Origin: an uncultured Pseudomonadota bacterium
Lineage (GTDB): Bacteria > Pseudomonadota > Gammaproteobacteria > CAJXQU01
Direction: 5' to 3'
Assembly (NCBI GenBank): GCA_913058255.1
Contig: CAJXQU010000012.1
Coordinates: forward strand, 6,869-70,868
DNA length: 64,000 nucleotides
The notes under the pieces: model-generated
Told to the model about the DNA's origin: nothing
The model's input: the letters and a program-made list of their open reading frames with translations, nothing else
Database searches by the model: none
Shown: positions 31,587 to 40,813 of the stretch, one piece after another
Position numbering within the stretch: the stretch's first letter is position 1
Layout of the letters: every line of letters begins with the position of its first letter
Made by a program: the position numbers and the translations under genes

Positions 31587-32888
31587 TTATAGCTTCTTGA
31601 AAAAAACTTTAGAGTTGCGTTGCAGGTTATACAAAGACTGCTTTTTATGCGGAAGTTGCTCTATCTTACCTTCAGTAAAACCTCGTTCGATAAACCAATG
31701 TGCAGACTGAGTTGTTAAGACAAAAAGCTCTATGGTCCCTAACTCTTTTGCTTCTTTTTCCATCTCAGCTAATAAGAGCTCTCCCCTTCCCTCGTTCAGA
31801 TATGTTGGGTCTACAGCGAGACAAGCCAGTTCAGCGATGTTTTCATTCTCATAAGCATACAATGCACCACATGCAATAATGGCATGTTCTCTCTCCATTA
31901 CGGTGAAATGTTTAATCTCAATTTCTAATTTTTCTCTTGATCGTTTAACGAGCACCCCAGCTTCTTCTAAAGGCGAGATCAACTCCATTATCCCACCAAT
32001 ATCTTCGACCGTAGCTTGATGTATTGCATCAAACGGTGCTGCACTGACCAGTGTACCAACGCCATCTCGTGTAAAAAGCTCAAGTAATAGGCCGCCAGAA
32101 ATTGCTCTATCGATTAAATGTACTCGCTCGACGCCATGTTTACTCGCCGTTAATGCACAAAGCAACTCTGAAATAGAGCTATCACTTTCTAAAAGATTCT
32201 CTACATCTTTCTGGCTCATTTGCTGTAATAACTGGCCTGTGGCATCAATACCTTTATTGCCTTCTGTCAACAACACAAGCTTATCAGCCTCTAAAGCCAC
32301 CGCGACAGATGATGCAACATCCAATGAGCTCAAGTTAAAAACTTCACCCGTTGGTGAGTAGCCCACCGGTGAAACCAAAACAATTTCACCACTGTCTAAA
32401 CGTCGTGTGATTGCTTGTGTATCTACTCTGCGTACTTCTCCCGTATGACAGAAATCGACACCGTCACGTACACCAAGTGGTCTGGCTGTAACAAAATTGC
32501 CAGAAGAAACCTGAATTTGAGCACCCGCCATTGGAGAGTTTACGATACCTGTAGAAAATAAAGCTTCGATCTCAACTCTCGTCGCGCCCACCGCTTCTTT
32601 CACACAGCTAAGCGCCTCAAGATCCGTAACACGTAAACCTTTTGAATACTTTTGACTTACCTTATTTATCTCAAGTCGATTCTCTATTTGTGGACGTGCG
32701 CCATGCACCACCACCAGACGCATACCAAGGCTGGAAAGTAAGGCCAGATCATGAATCAGGTTCGGAAATTTTTCTGATCCGATCGCTTCACCACCGAAAT
32801 ACACGACAATCGTGCTACCTCTGTGCGTATGAATATATGGCGAAGCCGAACGAAACCACTCGACAAATTGTTGATCAATTTTAGGCAT
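31587..32888 (-). CDS. argA: Amino-acid N-acetyltransferase (N-acetylglutamate synthase)
   Basis: WFRSASPYIHTHRG, HGARPQI, GYSPTGEVFNL, ELFTRDGVGT, GNAT domain ending YNLQRNSK. Confidence 0.97.
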   Translation of the reverse strand: MPKIDQQFVEWFRSASPYIHTHRGSTIVVYFGGEAIGSEKFPNLIHDLALLSSLGMRLVVVHGARPQIENRLEINKVSQKYSKGLRVTDLEALSCVKEAVGATRVEIEALFSTGIVNSPMAGAQIQVSSGNFVTARPLGVRDGVDFCHTGEVRRVDTQAITRRLDSGEIVLVSPVGYSPTGEVFNLSSLDVASSVAVALEADKLVLLTEGNKGIDATGQLLQQMSQKDVENLLESDSSISELLCALTASKHGVERVHLIDRAISGGLLLELFTRDGVGTLVSAAPFDAIHQATVEDIGGIMELISPLEEAGVLVKRSREKLEIEIKHFTVMEREHAIIACGALYAYENENIAELACLAVDPTYLNEGRGELLLAEMEKEAKELGTIELFVLTTQSAHWFIERGFTEGKIEQLPHKKQSLYNLQRNSKVFFKKL

Positions 32889-34089
32889 TTTCTTTATTGT
32901 TATTTTCTATACAAAATTCAAAAATTATATTTTTTAATAGATCGATCATCGGTTCAAGCCGATCTAAAGCAACATATTCATCCGGTTGATGTGCCTGATC
33001 AATATCTCCAGCGCCTAGAATAACCGTTTCTATCCCCATTAAATCAAGAAATGGCCCTTCAGTCGCAAATGCAACTGAGCCTGCCTTTTTCTTACTTAGT
33101 CTTTCAGTCGCCTTCACTATTTGTGAAGTTGCCGCAGTCAGCATCGGAGGCACAGGTTCAGTTAATGATTGTATTTTATATGTTAACCCAGAATCTATAA
33201 GAACGTTAGCAACTCTTTGATTTAATGACGCTCTTAATGAGTCAACATCCATTTCAGGTAAGACTCTTAGATCAATTTGTAACTCACACTCACCGCAAAT
33301 TCGATTTGGGTTATCTCCACCATGAATATGCCCGAGGTTCATGGTCGGCACAGCAACTTCGAATAGTGGTTCTTGATACTTATTTTGCAGTATTTGCCGC
33401 CATTCCAAAAGATCACCAATCACACGGTGCATACCTTCCATTGCATTATTACCATACGAAGGGTTACTAGAATGTCCTGATCGACCATGGACGATAATAG
33501 ACTCCATCATCACACCTTTATGCATACGTATAGGCTGCAAACCGGTCGGCTCGCCGATGATGGCATATTTTGCGCGTAGCTGATTATTCTCGATCAAAGC
33601 TCGTGCACCAGCCATAGTACTTTCTTCATCGGCTGTAGCTAATATAATCAATGGCTTAGTAAGCTTATCTAAATCAAATTCTTGTACTGCTTCCAATACT
33701 TGCGCAAAGAATCCTTTCATATCTGATGTGCCTAAGCCGTAGAGTCTCTCATCTCGCTCAGTGAGTTTAAATGGATCACTCTTCCAGAGACTTTCATCAA
33801 AAGGCACCGTATCCGTATGCCCAGCCAAGATCAAACCATCGTCGCCTATCCCCTTTCGAGCGATAAGATTATATTTATCTGGACTTACTGAGACCTGTTG
33901 TAATTCAACCTCAAATCCTAGATCTGACAACCACTCTGCTAATTGATCAATTACATTCTTATTGCCCATATCAAATTCAGAGTTGACACTACTCACCGAT
34001 GGAGCAGCGATCAAACTTGAAAACATTTCCTTCATCGAAGGTAATTGGGTTGTAGGTTTACTGGAGGTCATATTATTCTGATCGTTCAT
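32881..34089 (-). CDS. argE: Acetylornithine deacetylase
   Basis: M20 peptidase motifs AGHTDTVPFD, GLGTSDMKGF, TADEE, IGEPT, QAHQPDE; overlaps argA. The start could be a few codons downstream. Confidence 0.95.
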   Translation of the reverse strand: MNDQNNMTSSKPTTQLPSMKEMFSSLIAAPSVSSVNSEFDMGNKNVIDQLAEWLSDLGFEVELQQVSVSPDKYNLIARKGIGDDGLILAGHTDTVPFDESLWKSDPFKLTERDERLYGLGTSDMKGFFAQVLEAVQEFDLDKLTKPLIILATADEESTMAGARALIENNQLRAKYAIIGEPTGLQPIRMHKGVMMESIIVHGRSGHSSNPSYGNNAMEGMHRVIGDLLEWRQILQNKYQEPLFEVAVPTMNLGHIHGGDNPNRICGECELQIDLRVLPEMDVDSLRASLNQRVANVLIDSGLTYKIQSLTEPVPPMLTAATSQIVKATERLSKKKAGSVAFATEGPFLDLMGIETVILGAGDIDQAHQPDEYVALDRLEPMIDLLKNIIFEFCIENNNKENA

Positions 34090-34209
34090 GAGTGAACGAC
34101 AATAGTATCGGGTCCTCAGATCAACATCAAAATATCTTTGAGCTATGAGTTAGATCTTTAAGAGTGGAGTGCTTAAAAAAACAGAGAGCGAAAGGATCAC
34201 TCGTTAAAG

Positions 34210-34241
34210 AGGGCTCCCTTTATGTGTGAAAAAAGAGCCCT
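34210..34241 (-). terminator. Hairpin after the OmpA-family gene
   Basis: AGGGCTC...GAGCCCT stem about 20 bp after the stop codon; large loop and weak U-tract. Confidence 0.45.
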
Positions 34242-34260
34242 GAGATCGTACAGCTTAGGC

Positions 34261-34953
34261 CTAATAATACTGAGGTGAGTCGTAAGCTCGTTCTTCTTGC
34301 CCTTCGACAATGGGCTTGACGAAAATTTCGACTCGACGATTTAGCTGTCTGCCTGCTTCCGTAGCATTCGTATCACGTGCTTCTAACTCGCCACGTCCTT
34401 CTGTTCGTAATTTCTCATAAGCAACTCCGTGGCTAGTCAGATAATTACCGACAGATTGGGCTCGTCGTTCAGATAAGGATTGGTTATAGGCTTCAGAGCC
34501 AATACTATCTGTATGGCCAATGACGTGCACTACCGTTCTATCGTATTTGCGTAATACTTCTGAGAGCTTATCTAGTGTCGGGTAGAATGCTGGCTTTAAT
34601 GTATCTTTTCCGAAATCGAATGAAACTTCATTATTGACACTCAGTTTTAGAGTGTCATCACGCATACGCTCAATTTCGATATCATTCGCTTGTTGCTCTC
34701 GAGCTAACTCTTCTTCGAATTCAGCTTGTTGCTTATCCATATAATGACCAACAGCACCGCCAGCAACAGCACCAACAGCTGCACCTATAAGAGTCCCTTC
34801 GGTATCATCTCCAACGACTTGCCCAAGCACAGCCCCTACGATAGCACCCGTTGCGGCTCCTGTTTTTGCACGTTGGTTTGGATCGCCCGCTGTTGCACAG
34901 GCCGTTAAGGCTAGCGTCAGTGTCGATGCAATAAATATGTTTCTTTTTTTCAT
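34261..34953 (-). CDS. OmpA-family lipoprotein with glycine zipper (YiaD-like)
   Basis: Lipobox LTAC, glycine zipper GAATGAIVGAVLG, OmpA-C motifs GHTDSIG, NQSLSERRA, NRRVEI. Confidence 0.93.
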   Translation of the reverse strand: MKKRNIFIASTLTLALTACATAGDPNQRAKTGAATGAIVGAVLGQVVGDDTEGTLIGAAVGAVAGGAVGHYMDKQQAEFEEELAREQQANDIEIERMRDDTLKLSVNNEVSFDFGKDTLKPAFYPTLDKLSEVLRKYDRTVVHVIGHTDSIGSEAYNQSLSERRAQSVGNYLTSHGVAYEKLRTEGRGELEARDTNATEAGRQLNRRVEIFVKPIVEGQEERAYDSPQYY

Positions 34954-34996
34954 ATCAGGCTCCTTGATAAATACCTTATGTTTAATCTTCCCATAA

Positions 34997-35031
34997 ACTT
35001 TAGTTGTTGCTTGCTAAACAATAGCTGAATA
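34997..35031 (-). promoter_or_regulatory. Putative PhoP/OmpR-type direct-repeat box with -10 element
   Basis: Minus strand TATTCA-N5-TGTTTA, 12 nt, TAAAGT, upstream of the OmpA-family gene. Confidence 0.45.
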
Positions 35032-35064
35032 GTTCATGGAATACTTGAGCCTAATTTATAGGTT

Positions 35065-36222
35065 TTACGATGTCGTTGGCAGCATTTGAAGTTTCTGATC
35101 AATCACAGAAAAACTAAGCTTTCCAGCAATAAATTCCTTTAAATCATCTCCGATCATACGCGCCCGCCAGCTACTATTTACGATGGACTCTCCATTTTGC
35201 AGCAGCAGCTCAACTTCTTTGCGTGGTGCCAGTAGCGTTGAGCTTAAATTGTTTTCTTCCGCACGCAAACGAACGATGGCCATCATTGCATCAACCATTG
35301 CCTCTTGATTCGGTTTGAGTGGTTTCTTTTTAGTTTTCTCTACCGCTTGTTGTGGCTCGTTATTTTGCGAATCAGCAATAACGCCTATAAGCTCACTCCC
35401 ATGTTTACGTGCAACACGTTCATGAACACCCTTGATCGCAAAAATAGCGCCTTTGTTTTCAGGTAATTGGTGAGCAAGATCGATGATCGCATCATCGCGC
35501 AGCAACCAAGTCCTAGGACGATTTTCCTTTCTAGCAGTTTCTTCCCGCCATTTTGCAAGCCCTTGTAGGACGGCTAGCTTTTTACCTTTCAAACGGTTTC
35601 CACTACGGATGCGACGCCAAACCTGATTAGAATCTGGCTCATACACTTCAGGGTCGGTCATCGCTTTAAAATCATTCTCAAGCCAATCTAACCGATTGAG
35701 CTCAGTCAGTTGTTGAATCATTTTTTCATAGATTTGAGCTAGGTAGATCACGTCATCTATAGCGTATTGTAATTGCCCTTCATTCAATGGACGCCGTTTC
35801 CAGTCTGTACGTGTATGCGCTTTGCTCAGCTCCACGCCGATCATACCATTGACTAAGTTCGCATAGCCTATCTGATCAGTAAAGCCTAATAACGGTGCAG
35901 CTAATTGAGTGTCAAACAGTGGGGATGGAATAGAGCCTTTCAGGTTGAAAAATATTTCTAGATCTTGCCGAGCAGAATGAAAGATCTTAATGCTGCTTGG
36001 ATCATAAAGAAGATCCATCAAGGGGGTCAGATCATTTATTGCTAGAGGATCAATCACAGCGGCATTTTTGCCATCAGTTATCTGTACTAACGCGAGTTCA
36101 GGATAATAGGTTTTTTCTCGTTCAAACTCGGTATCCACTGCTAACCAAGCCGCACCTTTCAACTGCTCACAATATTCGGCAAGTAATGAGTACTCATCAA
36201 TATAGATAAACTCTTCTGTCAT
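35065..36222 (-). CDS. rnd: Ribonuclease D
   Basis: AVDTEFEREKTYYP, KIFHSARQDLE, FDTQLAA, TDWKRRPL, YAIDDV, HRDC domain. Confidence 0.96.
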   Translation of the reverse strand: MTEEFIYIDEYSLLAEYCEQLKGAAWLAVDTEFEREKTYYPELALVQITDGKNAAVIDPLAINDLTPLMDLLYDPSSIKIFHSARQDLEIFFNLKGSIPSPLFDTQLAAPLLGFTDQIGYANLVNGMIGVELSKAHTRTDWKRRPLNEGQLQYAIDDVIYLAQIYEKMIQQLTELNRLDWLENDFKAMTDPEVYEPDSNQVWRRIRSGNRLKGKKLAVLQGLAKWREETARKENRPRTWLLRDDAIIDLAHQLPENKGAIFAIKGVHERVARKHGSELIGVIADSQNNEPQQAVEKTKKKPLKPNQEAMVDAMMAIVRLRAEENNLSSTLLAPRKEVELLLQNGESIVNSSWRARMIGDDLKEFIAGKLSFSVIDQKLQMLPTTS

Positions 36223-36291
36223 TTTTAGTTACTCTTCCTTTGTTCTTTTTCTCGCCCTGGGTTATATGAACTGAGAAAGCGTTGCGACTTT

Positions 36292-37146
36292 TTACTTGCG
36301 TCGATGTTTGTTCCATACTGATTTGTTTGCTGAAGACTTTGCGCTAGCTCGAGCTCTGGTTCTCGCTCTAGGGATATCCATTGCTTCCGGCCTGAAATTT
36401 TTAATACCTGCAAGATCCGCTAAAGTTTGTGCTTCTGCTGGATCAATATCCCAGATTTTTCCTAAACGTATGCTACGTGGCATAATGATTGTGCCATAAC
36501 GAACACGGGTCAATCGACTCACCTGTACATCTTGAGACTCCCATAAACGCCTCACTTCTCGATTACGACCTTCGCGCAAAATAACGTGGTACCAGTGATT
36601 TCTGCCATCGCCTTCACCGGCTTTTTCAATACGGTAAAAATTTGCCATACCATCTTCAAGTTCAACACCACTTTTTAAACGCTGTAACATTGCCTCATCA
36701 ACGTCTCCCATGACTCGAACGGCATATTCACGCTCAATTTCTCGAGAAGGATGCATCAATTGATTCGCTAGCTCTCCATCGGTAGTAAACAAAATCAAAC
36801 CTGAAGTATTTAGATCAAGTCTACCAACGGCTACCCAGCGACCCGATCTAAGCTTCGGCAGGTTTTCAAAAACGGTCCGTCGTCCTTCAGGATCATCGCG
36901 AGTACAAATTTCACCAACCGGCTTGTGATAACCAATTAAACGAATTTTCTTCAAAAATAAGCGTTCTTTTGAAACGAGACGGCCATCAACTCGAACCTTA
37001 TCTCTATCGTTAACAGACTCTCCGACCGTCGCTATTTTGCCGTTGATGCTGACTCGTCCTTCCTTGATCCACACTTCCATCTGTCGACGGGAGCCAAGTC
37101 CAGCTCTGGCAAGGACTTTGTGTAAACGTTCGCGATTATCTGACAT
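36292..37146 (-). CDS. rluB: 23S rRNA pseudouridine(2605) synthase RluB
   Basis: S4 domain ERLHKVLARAGLGSRR, VGRLDLNTSGL, LMHPSREIEREYAVRV, EGRNREVRR. Confidence 0.95.
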   Translation of the reverse strand: MSDNRERLHKVLARAGLGSRRQMEVWIKEGRVSINGKIATVGESVNDRDKVRVDGRLVSKERLFLKKIRLIGYHKPVGEICTRDDPEGRRTVFENLPKLRSGRWVAVGRLDLNTSGLILFTTDGELANQLMHPSREIEREYAVRVMGDVDEAMLQRLKSGVELEDGMANFYRIEKAGEGDGRNHWYHVILREGRNREVRRLWESQDVQVSRLTRVRYGTIIMPRSIRLGKIWDIDPAEAQTLADLAGIKNFRPEAMDIPRARTRARASAKSSANKSVWNKHRRK

Positions 37147-37244
37147 GCTTTATTGTTATCATAAAAAAGCGCGTATGTTCCCATAAATGCACCTAAAAAC
37201 ATAGCTGACTATGGCCTAAATTCGATGCTATTTATTTGATGGGG

Positions 37245-37898
37245 TTATAATTTCTTCAGAAATCGCCCTTTCCTAGGTAGGTAGTCATTATCATAATCCA
37301 AAGACATAACGACTTTTGTCGTTTTTCCAATTATTTCATGACGTGGCACGAAGCCTATAACGCGAGAATCGGCACTGTTATTTCGATTATCACCTAATAC
37401 TAAATAGTGTCCTGCTGGAACGACGATAGGTTCAATATTAGCCAGTTGACTATTTCTTCTATGATCAATCCGAATGAGATGATTAAGGTTAGTATACTGT
37501 TCACGTGCTGTGCTCAACTCGGCCGTTTCTTCTTCGAGTAGATACGTTAGTTCATTGCCATTAATGCTCAGGACATTACTCTGCATTGAGATTGTCTCTC
37601 CAGGAAGGCCAAGAACTCTTTTCACTAACCTCTTATCAGCAAATTTTGATCGAAAGATAACAATATCGCCACGTTGCGGATCAGCAATATGTTTAACTGA
37701 GATGGAGCTCAAGGGTAAGCGAACGTCATAGGCAAGCTTGTCTACCCAAATCCGATCGCCTTCTAATATTGTTGGCTTCATGGAACCTGTCGGAACCGTA
37801 TTCCAATCAGCAAGTGAACTACGAAAAACAACCATAAGAAATAGAAACAATACGAAACGTCGATTTTCCTGCCAATGTCTAAATAAGGTTTTATTCAT
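37245..37898 (-). CDS. lepB: Signal peptidase I (S26), short single-TM paralog
   Basis: VPTGSMKPT (catalytic Ser), LVKRVLGLPG (catalytic Lys), LGDNRNNSADSR. Confidence 0.9.
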   Translation of the reverse strand: MNKTLFRHWQENRRFVLFLFLMVVFRSSLADWNTVPTGSMKPTILEGDRIWVDKLAYDVRLPLSSISVKHIADPQRGDIVIFRSKFADKRLVKRVLGLPGETISMQSNVLSINGNELTYLLEEETAELSTAREQYTNLNHLIRIDHRRNSQLANIEPIVVPAGHYLVLGDNRNNSADSRVIGFVPRHEIIGKTTKVVMSLDYDNDYLPRKGRFLKKL

Positions 37899-37993
37899 TT
37901 CTAAACAAGCTCATATAATAAAATTGAACTCCTTAGAGTCATTATTTACTAAAAAGTGCCCTACAAATTTATCATCGACCATTTATAGAAGCT

Positions 37994-38980
37994 TTACTCA
38001 AGCAAGGCTTCAACGTGAGCTGCTGCTGCTTGAGCATTACCTTGGATGTTATAACCACCTTCCAGAATAGAGACTAAACGACCATCACAGTGCTGCTCCG
38101 CTAACGTTTTGATCATTTTCGTCAATTTAGCAAAACCTACATCAGTGACATTATGACAACCCAATAGATCGTCCTCGCGACTATCAAAACCTGACGAGAC
38201 TAAAATTAAGTCCGGTTTGAACTTTTCCGCAGCGGGTAACAATAAGGTCTCAAAAGCATGAAGGATCTCTGTATCACCTGCCCCACAATCGAGATGAACA
38301 TTCATATTGAAGCCGAGACCAGCGCCTGCACCTTTTTTTGTCGGATCGCCGGTACCTGGATAAGAAAATTGATCATGAGTAGAAAAAAAGAGTACGTTAG
38401 GGTCTCGATAGAACGTAGCTTCGGTTCCATTACCATGGTGATAATCCCAATCAACGATCAGAATTTTTTTCAGTTGATATTTCTGCTGTGCATAACGCGC
38501 GGCTACTGCGATGTGGTTGTAGTAACAAAAACCCTCTTCTTTTCCCGTGTTTAGGGCGTGGTGACCAGGAGGACGACTAGCACAGAAAGCATTACTAAGT
38601 TGGCCACTACAAACCTGATCTACCGCAGCTAGAGCACCACCTGTCGCTAAACAGACATTGTCGTGAGTAGTTCTATCTTTTTTAATCGCATTTATATGCT
38701 CATCGCTATGAACCAGCTTTAACCATGCTTCTATATTTCGTAATGGCTGTATTTGTGTTGTTTTTGCAAACAAATCACTTTCTACAAATTGTTTCTTTAG
38801 TGCGAAATAGCGTTCAGGTGATTCAGGATGGTTGGGATCAATATGATGATGCTTAAAACTGTCATCAAATACTAAACCTGTTTTAGTTGCCTGAGCTGAT
38901 AGTGACCTTAACGGGCTAAAAGCAACACCCGCGACGACTGCCGCTTTTGTAGAATAGTCGATAAATTGTCTACGTTTCAT
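37994..38980 (-). CDS. Histone deacetylase family (Zn amidohydrolase) protein with twin-arginine signal peptide
   Basis: MKRRQFI...SAQA signal; HPESPER, RPPGHHA, GFCYYN, DWDYHHGNGT, SGFD and LEGGY motifs all intact. Confidence 0.9.
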   Translation of the reverse strand: MKRRQFIDYSTKAAVVAGVAFSPLRSLSAQATKTGLVFDDSFKHHHIDPNHPESPERYFALKKQFVESDLFAKTTQIQPLRNIEAWLKLVHSDEHINAIKKDRTTHDNVCLATGGALAAVDQVCSGQLSNAFCASRPPGHHALNTGKEEGFCYYNHIAVAARYAQQKYQLKKILIVDWDYHHGNGTEATFYRDPNVLFFSTHDQFSYPGTGDPTKKGAGAGLGFNMNVHLDCGAGDTEILHAFETLLLPAAEKFKPDLILVSSGFDSREDDLLGCHNVTDVGFAKLTKMIKTLAEQHCDGRLVSILEGGYNIQGNAQAAAAHVEALLE

Positions 38981-39006
38981 AAGGGTTATGCTACGATCAT
39001 TTACCT

Positions 39007-39711
39007 ATGAAAGAAACAAAGCTTTTTTGGATTACGGCCAACCGCCATGCGATGGACTTTCCACCTATTACCGATGCACTGACCGAACCTGATGGATTAC
39101 TTGCAGTAGCAGGAGATCTCAGCGTACCGCGCTTATTAGAAGCTTATAGAAATGGAATATTTCCTTGGTATGATGACAGTCAACCTATTCTTTGGTGGTC
39201 GCCCAACCCTCGTACCGTTTTATTACCAGAAAAAGTCCATATTTCTCGAAGTCTTAGAAAACATATGAACAAGAAGGCTTTTAACATTAGCTTTGATCAA
39301 GCCTTTGAAAAGGTCATTCATCAGTGTGCCGCACCTCGTCCTGATGAAAATGGTACTTGGCTGACAACAGAGATGATCGCTGCCTATCTCGAACTTCATA
39401 AAGAAGGTCATGCCCATTCCATAGAGTGCTGGCAAGAGGACAAGCTCGTCGGCGGATTATACGGGGTCTCTATTGGTAAGGTATTCTTTGGAGAGTCCAT
39501 GTTCAGCCTTGTCCCCAATGCCTCAAAGATCTGTCTGGTTGAATTAAGTAAACACCTAAAGTTATGGGGTTTTAAACTAATAGATTGTCAGGTTGAGAGC
39601 GCACATTTAGCATCTATGGGAGCCGAACAATTTAGTAGAGAAGAGTTTAAGCTATATATAGGGGACTATTGCGAGCAACTCCCTTCCGTTCAATCTTGGA
39701 ACGTGCAATGA
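39007..39711 (+). CDS. aat: Leucyl/phenylalanyl-tRNA--protein transferase
   Basis: EPDGLLA.GDLS, AYRNGIFPW, WWSPNPR, LVGGLYG, FFGESMFS, IDCQ. Confidence 0.97.
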   Translation: MKETKLFWITANRHAMDFPPITDALTEPDGLLAVAGDLSVPRLLEAYRNGIFPWYDDSQPILWWSPNPRTVLLPEKVHISRSLRKHMNKKAFNISFDQAFEKVIHQCAAPRPDENGTWLTTEMIAAYLELHKEGHAHSIECWQEDKLVGGLYGVSIGKVFFGESMFSLVPNASKICLVELSKHLKLWGFKLIDCQVESAHLASMGAEQFSREEFKLYIGDYCEQLPSVQSWNVQ

Positions 39712-40424
39712 ACAATTTACCGCTTTCGATTGATCTCTTCGCGACACCTGAAACGACGTGTAACTATCTTCCCGATCAACAATCGACAACGGTATTTGCT
39801 GATCCCAACTTAACCAAAGATAAAAATGTTCACAGTATACTTGCTTTACAGGGTTTTCGACGTAGCGGTGAATACATCTATCGGCCAAACTGCCAAGCCT
39901 GCCAGGCTTGTATTTCAACCCGTCTTCGAGTAGCTGACTTTCAATTAAACCGAAACCAACGCAGAACCTGGAAACGAAATCAAGATCTCGATATTCAGAT
40001 CCATCCTGCCAAGTTCGAGCAGGAGCACTTCGATCTTTATCAACGTTATATAGCAACCCGCCATGAGGATGGGGGCATGGATAACCCTACGCCTGAGAGT
40101 TATATGCAGTTCCTAACCTGCGAATGGTCAGATACCTATTTTATTGAATTCCGTCTTGATCAAAACCTTGTTGCTGTAGCCGTGCTCGACGCGTTAGAAA
40201 ATGCCTTCTCGGCTGTCTATACCTTTTTTGCCCCTCATTTATCGCAGCGTAGTTTAGGACGCTTTGCTGTGCTGTATGAGATTGATTTTGCGAAACAAAA
40301 AGGCATTGAGTATTTATATCTCGGCTACTGGATCAAAGAATGTCAAAAGATGAGTTATAAACTAGATTATCAACCGCAAGAACATTTCATTCGTGGCAGA
40401 TGGCAAAACGCTATCAAAAAGTGA
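39708..40424 (+). CDS. bpt: Aspartate/glutamate leucyltransferase (bacterial ATE1-like, Bpt)
   Basis: Start revised to ATG 39708 (ATGA overlap with aat); CNYLP, GFRRSG..YRPNC..C.AC, SAVYTFF, YLYLGYWI..CQKMSYK. Confidence 0.93.
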   Translation: MNNLPLSIDLFATPETTCNYLPDQQSTTVFADPNLTKDKNVHSILALQGFRRSGEYIYRPNCQACQACISTRLRVADFQLNRNQRRTWKRNQDLDIQIHPAKFEQEHFDLYQRYIATRHEDGGMDNPTPESYMQFLTCEWSDTYFIEFRLDQNLVAVAVLDALENAFSAVYTFFAPHLSQRSLGRFAVLYEIDFAKQKGIEYLYLGYWIKECQKMSYKLDYQPQEHFIRGRWQNAIKK

Positions 40425-40495
40425 TAAATACTTTGCTCAAAACAAAGAATTAGTGCAGAATTGCCGTTTTTGAAGTAAGTAAAAACTAGAAGGCT

Positions 40496-40714
40496 ATGGC
40501 TAAAGAAGAAAATATTCAAATGGAAGGAACTGTTATAGAGACACTTCCGAATACAACATTTAAGGTAGAACTGGAAAATGGACATGTCGTCACGGCACAT
40601 ATTTCAGGAAAAATGCGTAAGCATTACATTCGTATCCTTACTGGTGACGCCGTCACTGTAGAGCTAACACCTTACGATCTAAGTAAGGGTCGCATCACGT
40701 ATCGAGCCCGTTAA
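40496..40714 (+). CDS. infA: Translation initiation factor IF-1
   Basis: 72 aa; [11 protein letters not shown]...[18 protein letters not shown]...[10 protein letters not shown]. Confidence 0.99.
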   Translation: MAKEENIQMEGTVIETLPNTTFKVELENGHVVTAHISGKMRKHYIRILTGDAVTVELTPYDLSKGRITYRAR

Positions 40715-40745
40715 TTCAATAATACACCTTCAAACCTATATTTAA

Positions 40746-40773
40746 ATCGGCCTGATGCGGCGTCAGGCTTGAT
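40746..40773. terminator. Hairpin between convergent infA and the LMW-PTP gene
   Basis: GCCTGATG-CGG-CGTCAGGC core stem, extendable by ATCG/TGAT. Confidence 0.5.
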
Positions 40774-40813
40774 GATGTAGCATCCATCTTAAAAATCCTG
40801 TTTCTTCAGAATT

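Noticed and set aside
40750..40768. GCCTGATGCGGCGTCAGGC resembles an enterobacterial REP element
   Set aside because: I saw a single copy in 64 kb and it lacks the rest of the REP consensus; it is better explained as a terminator-like hairpin.
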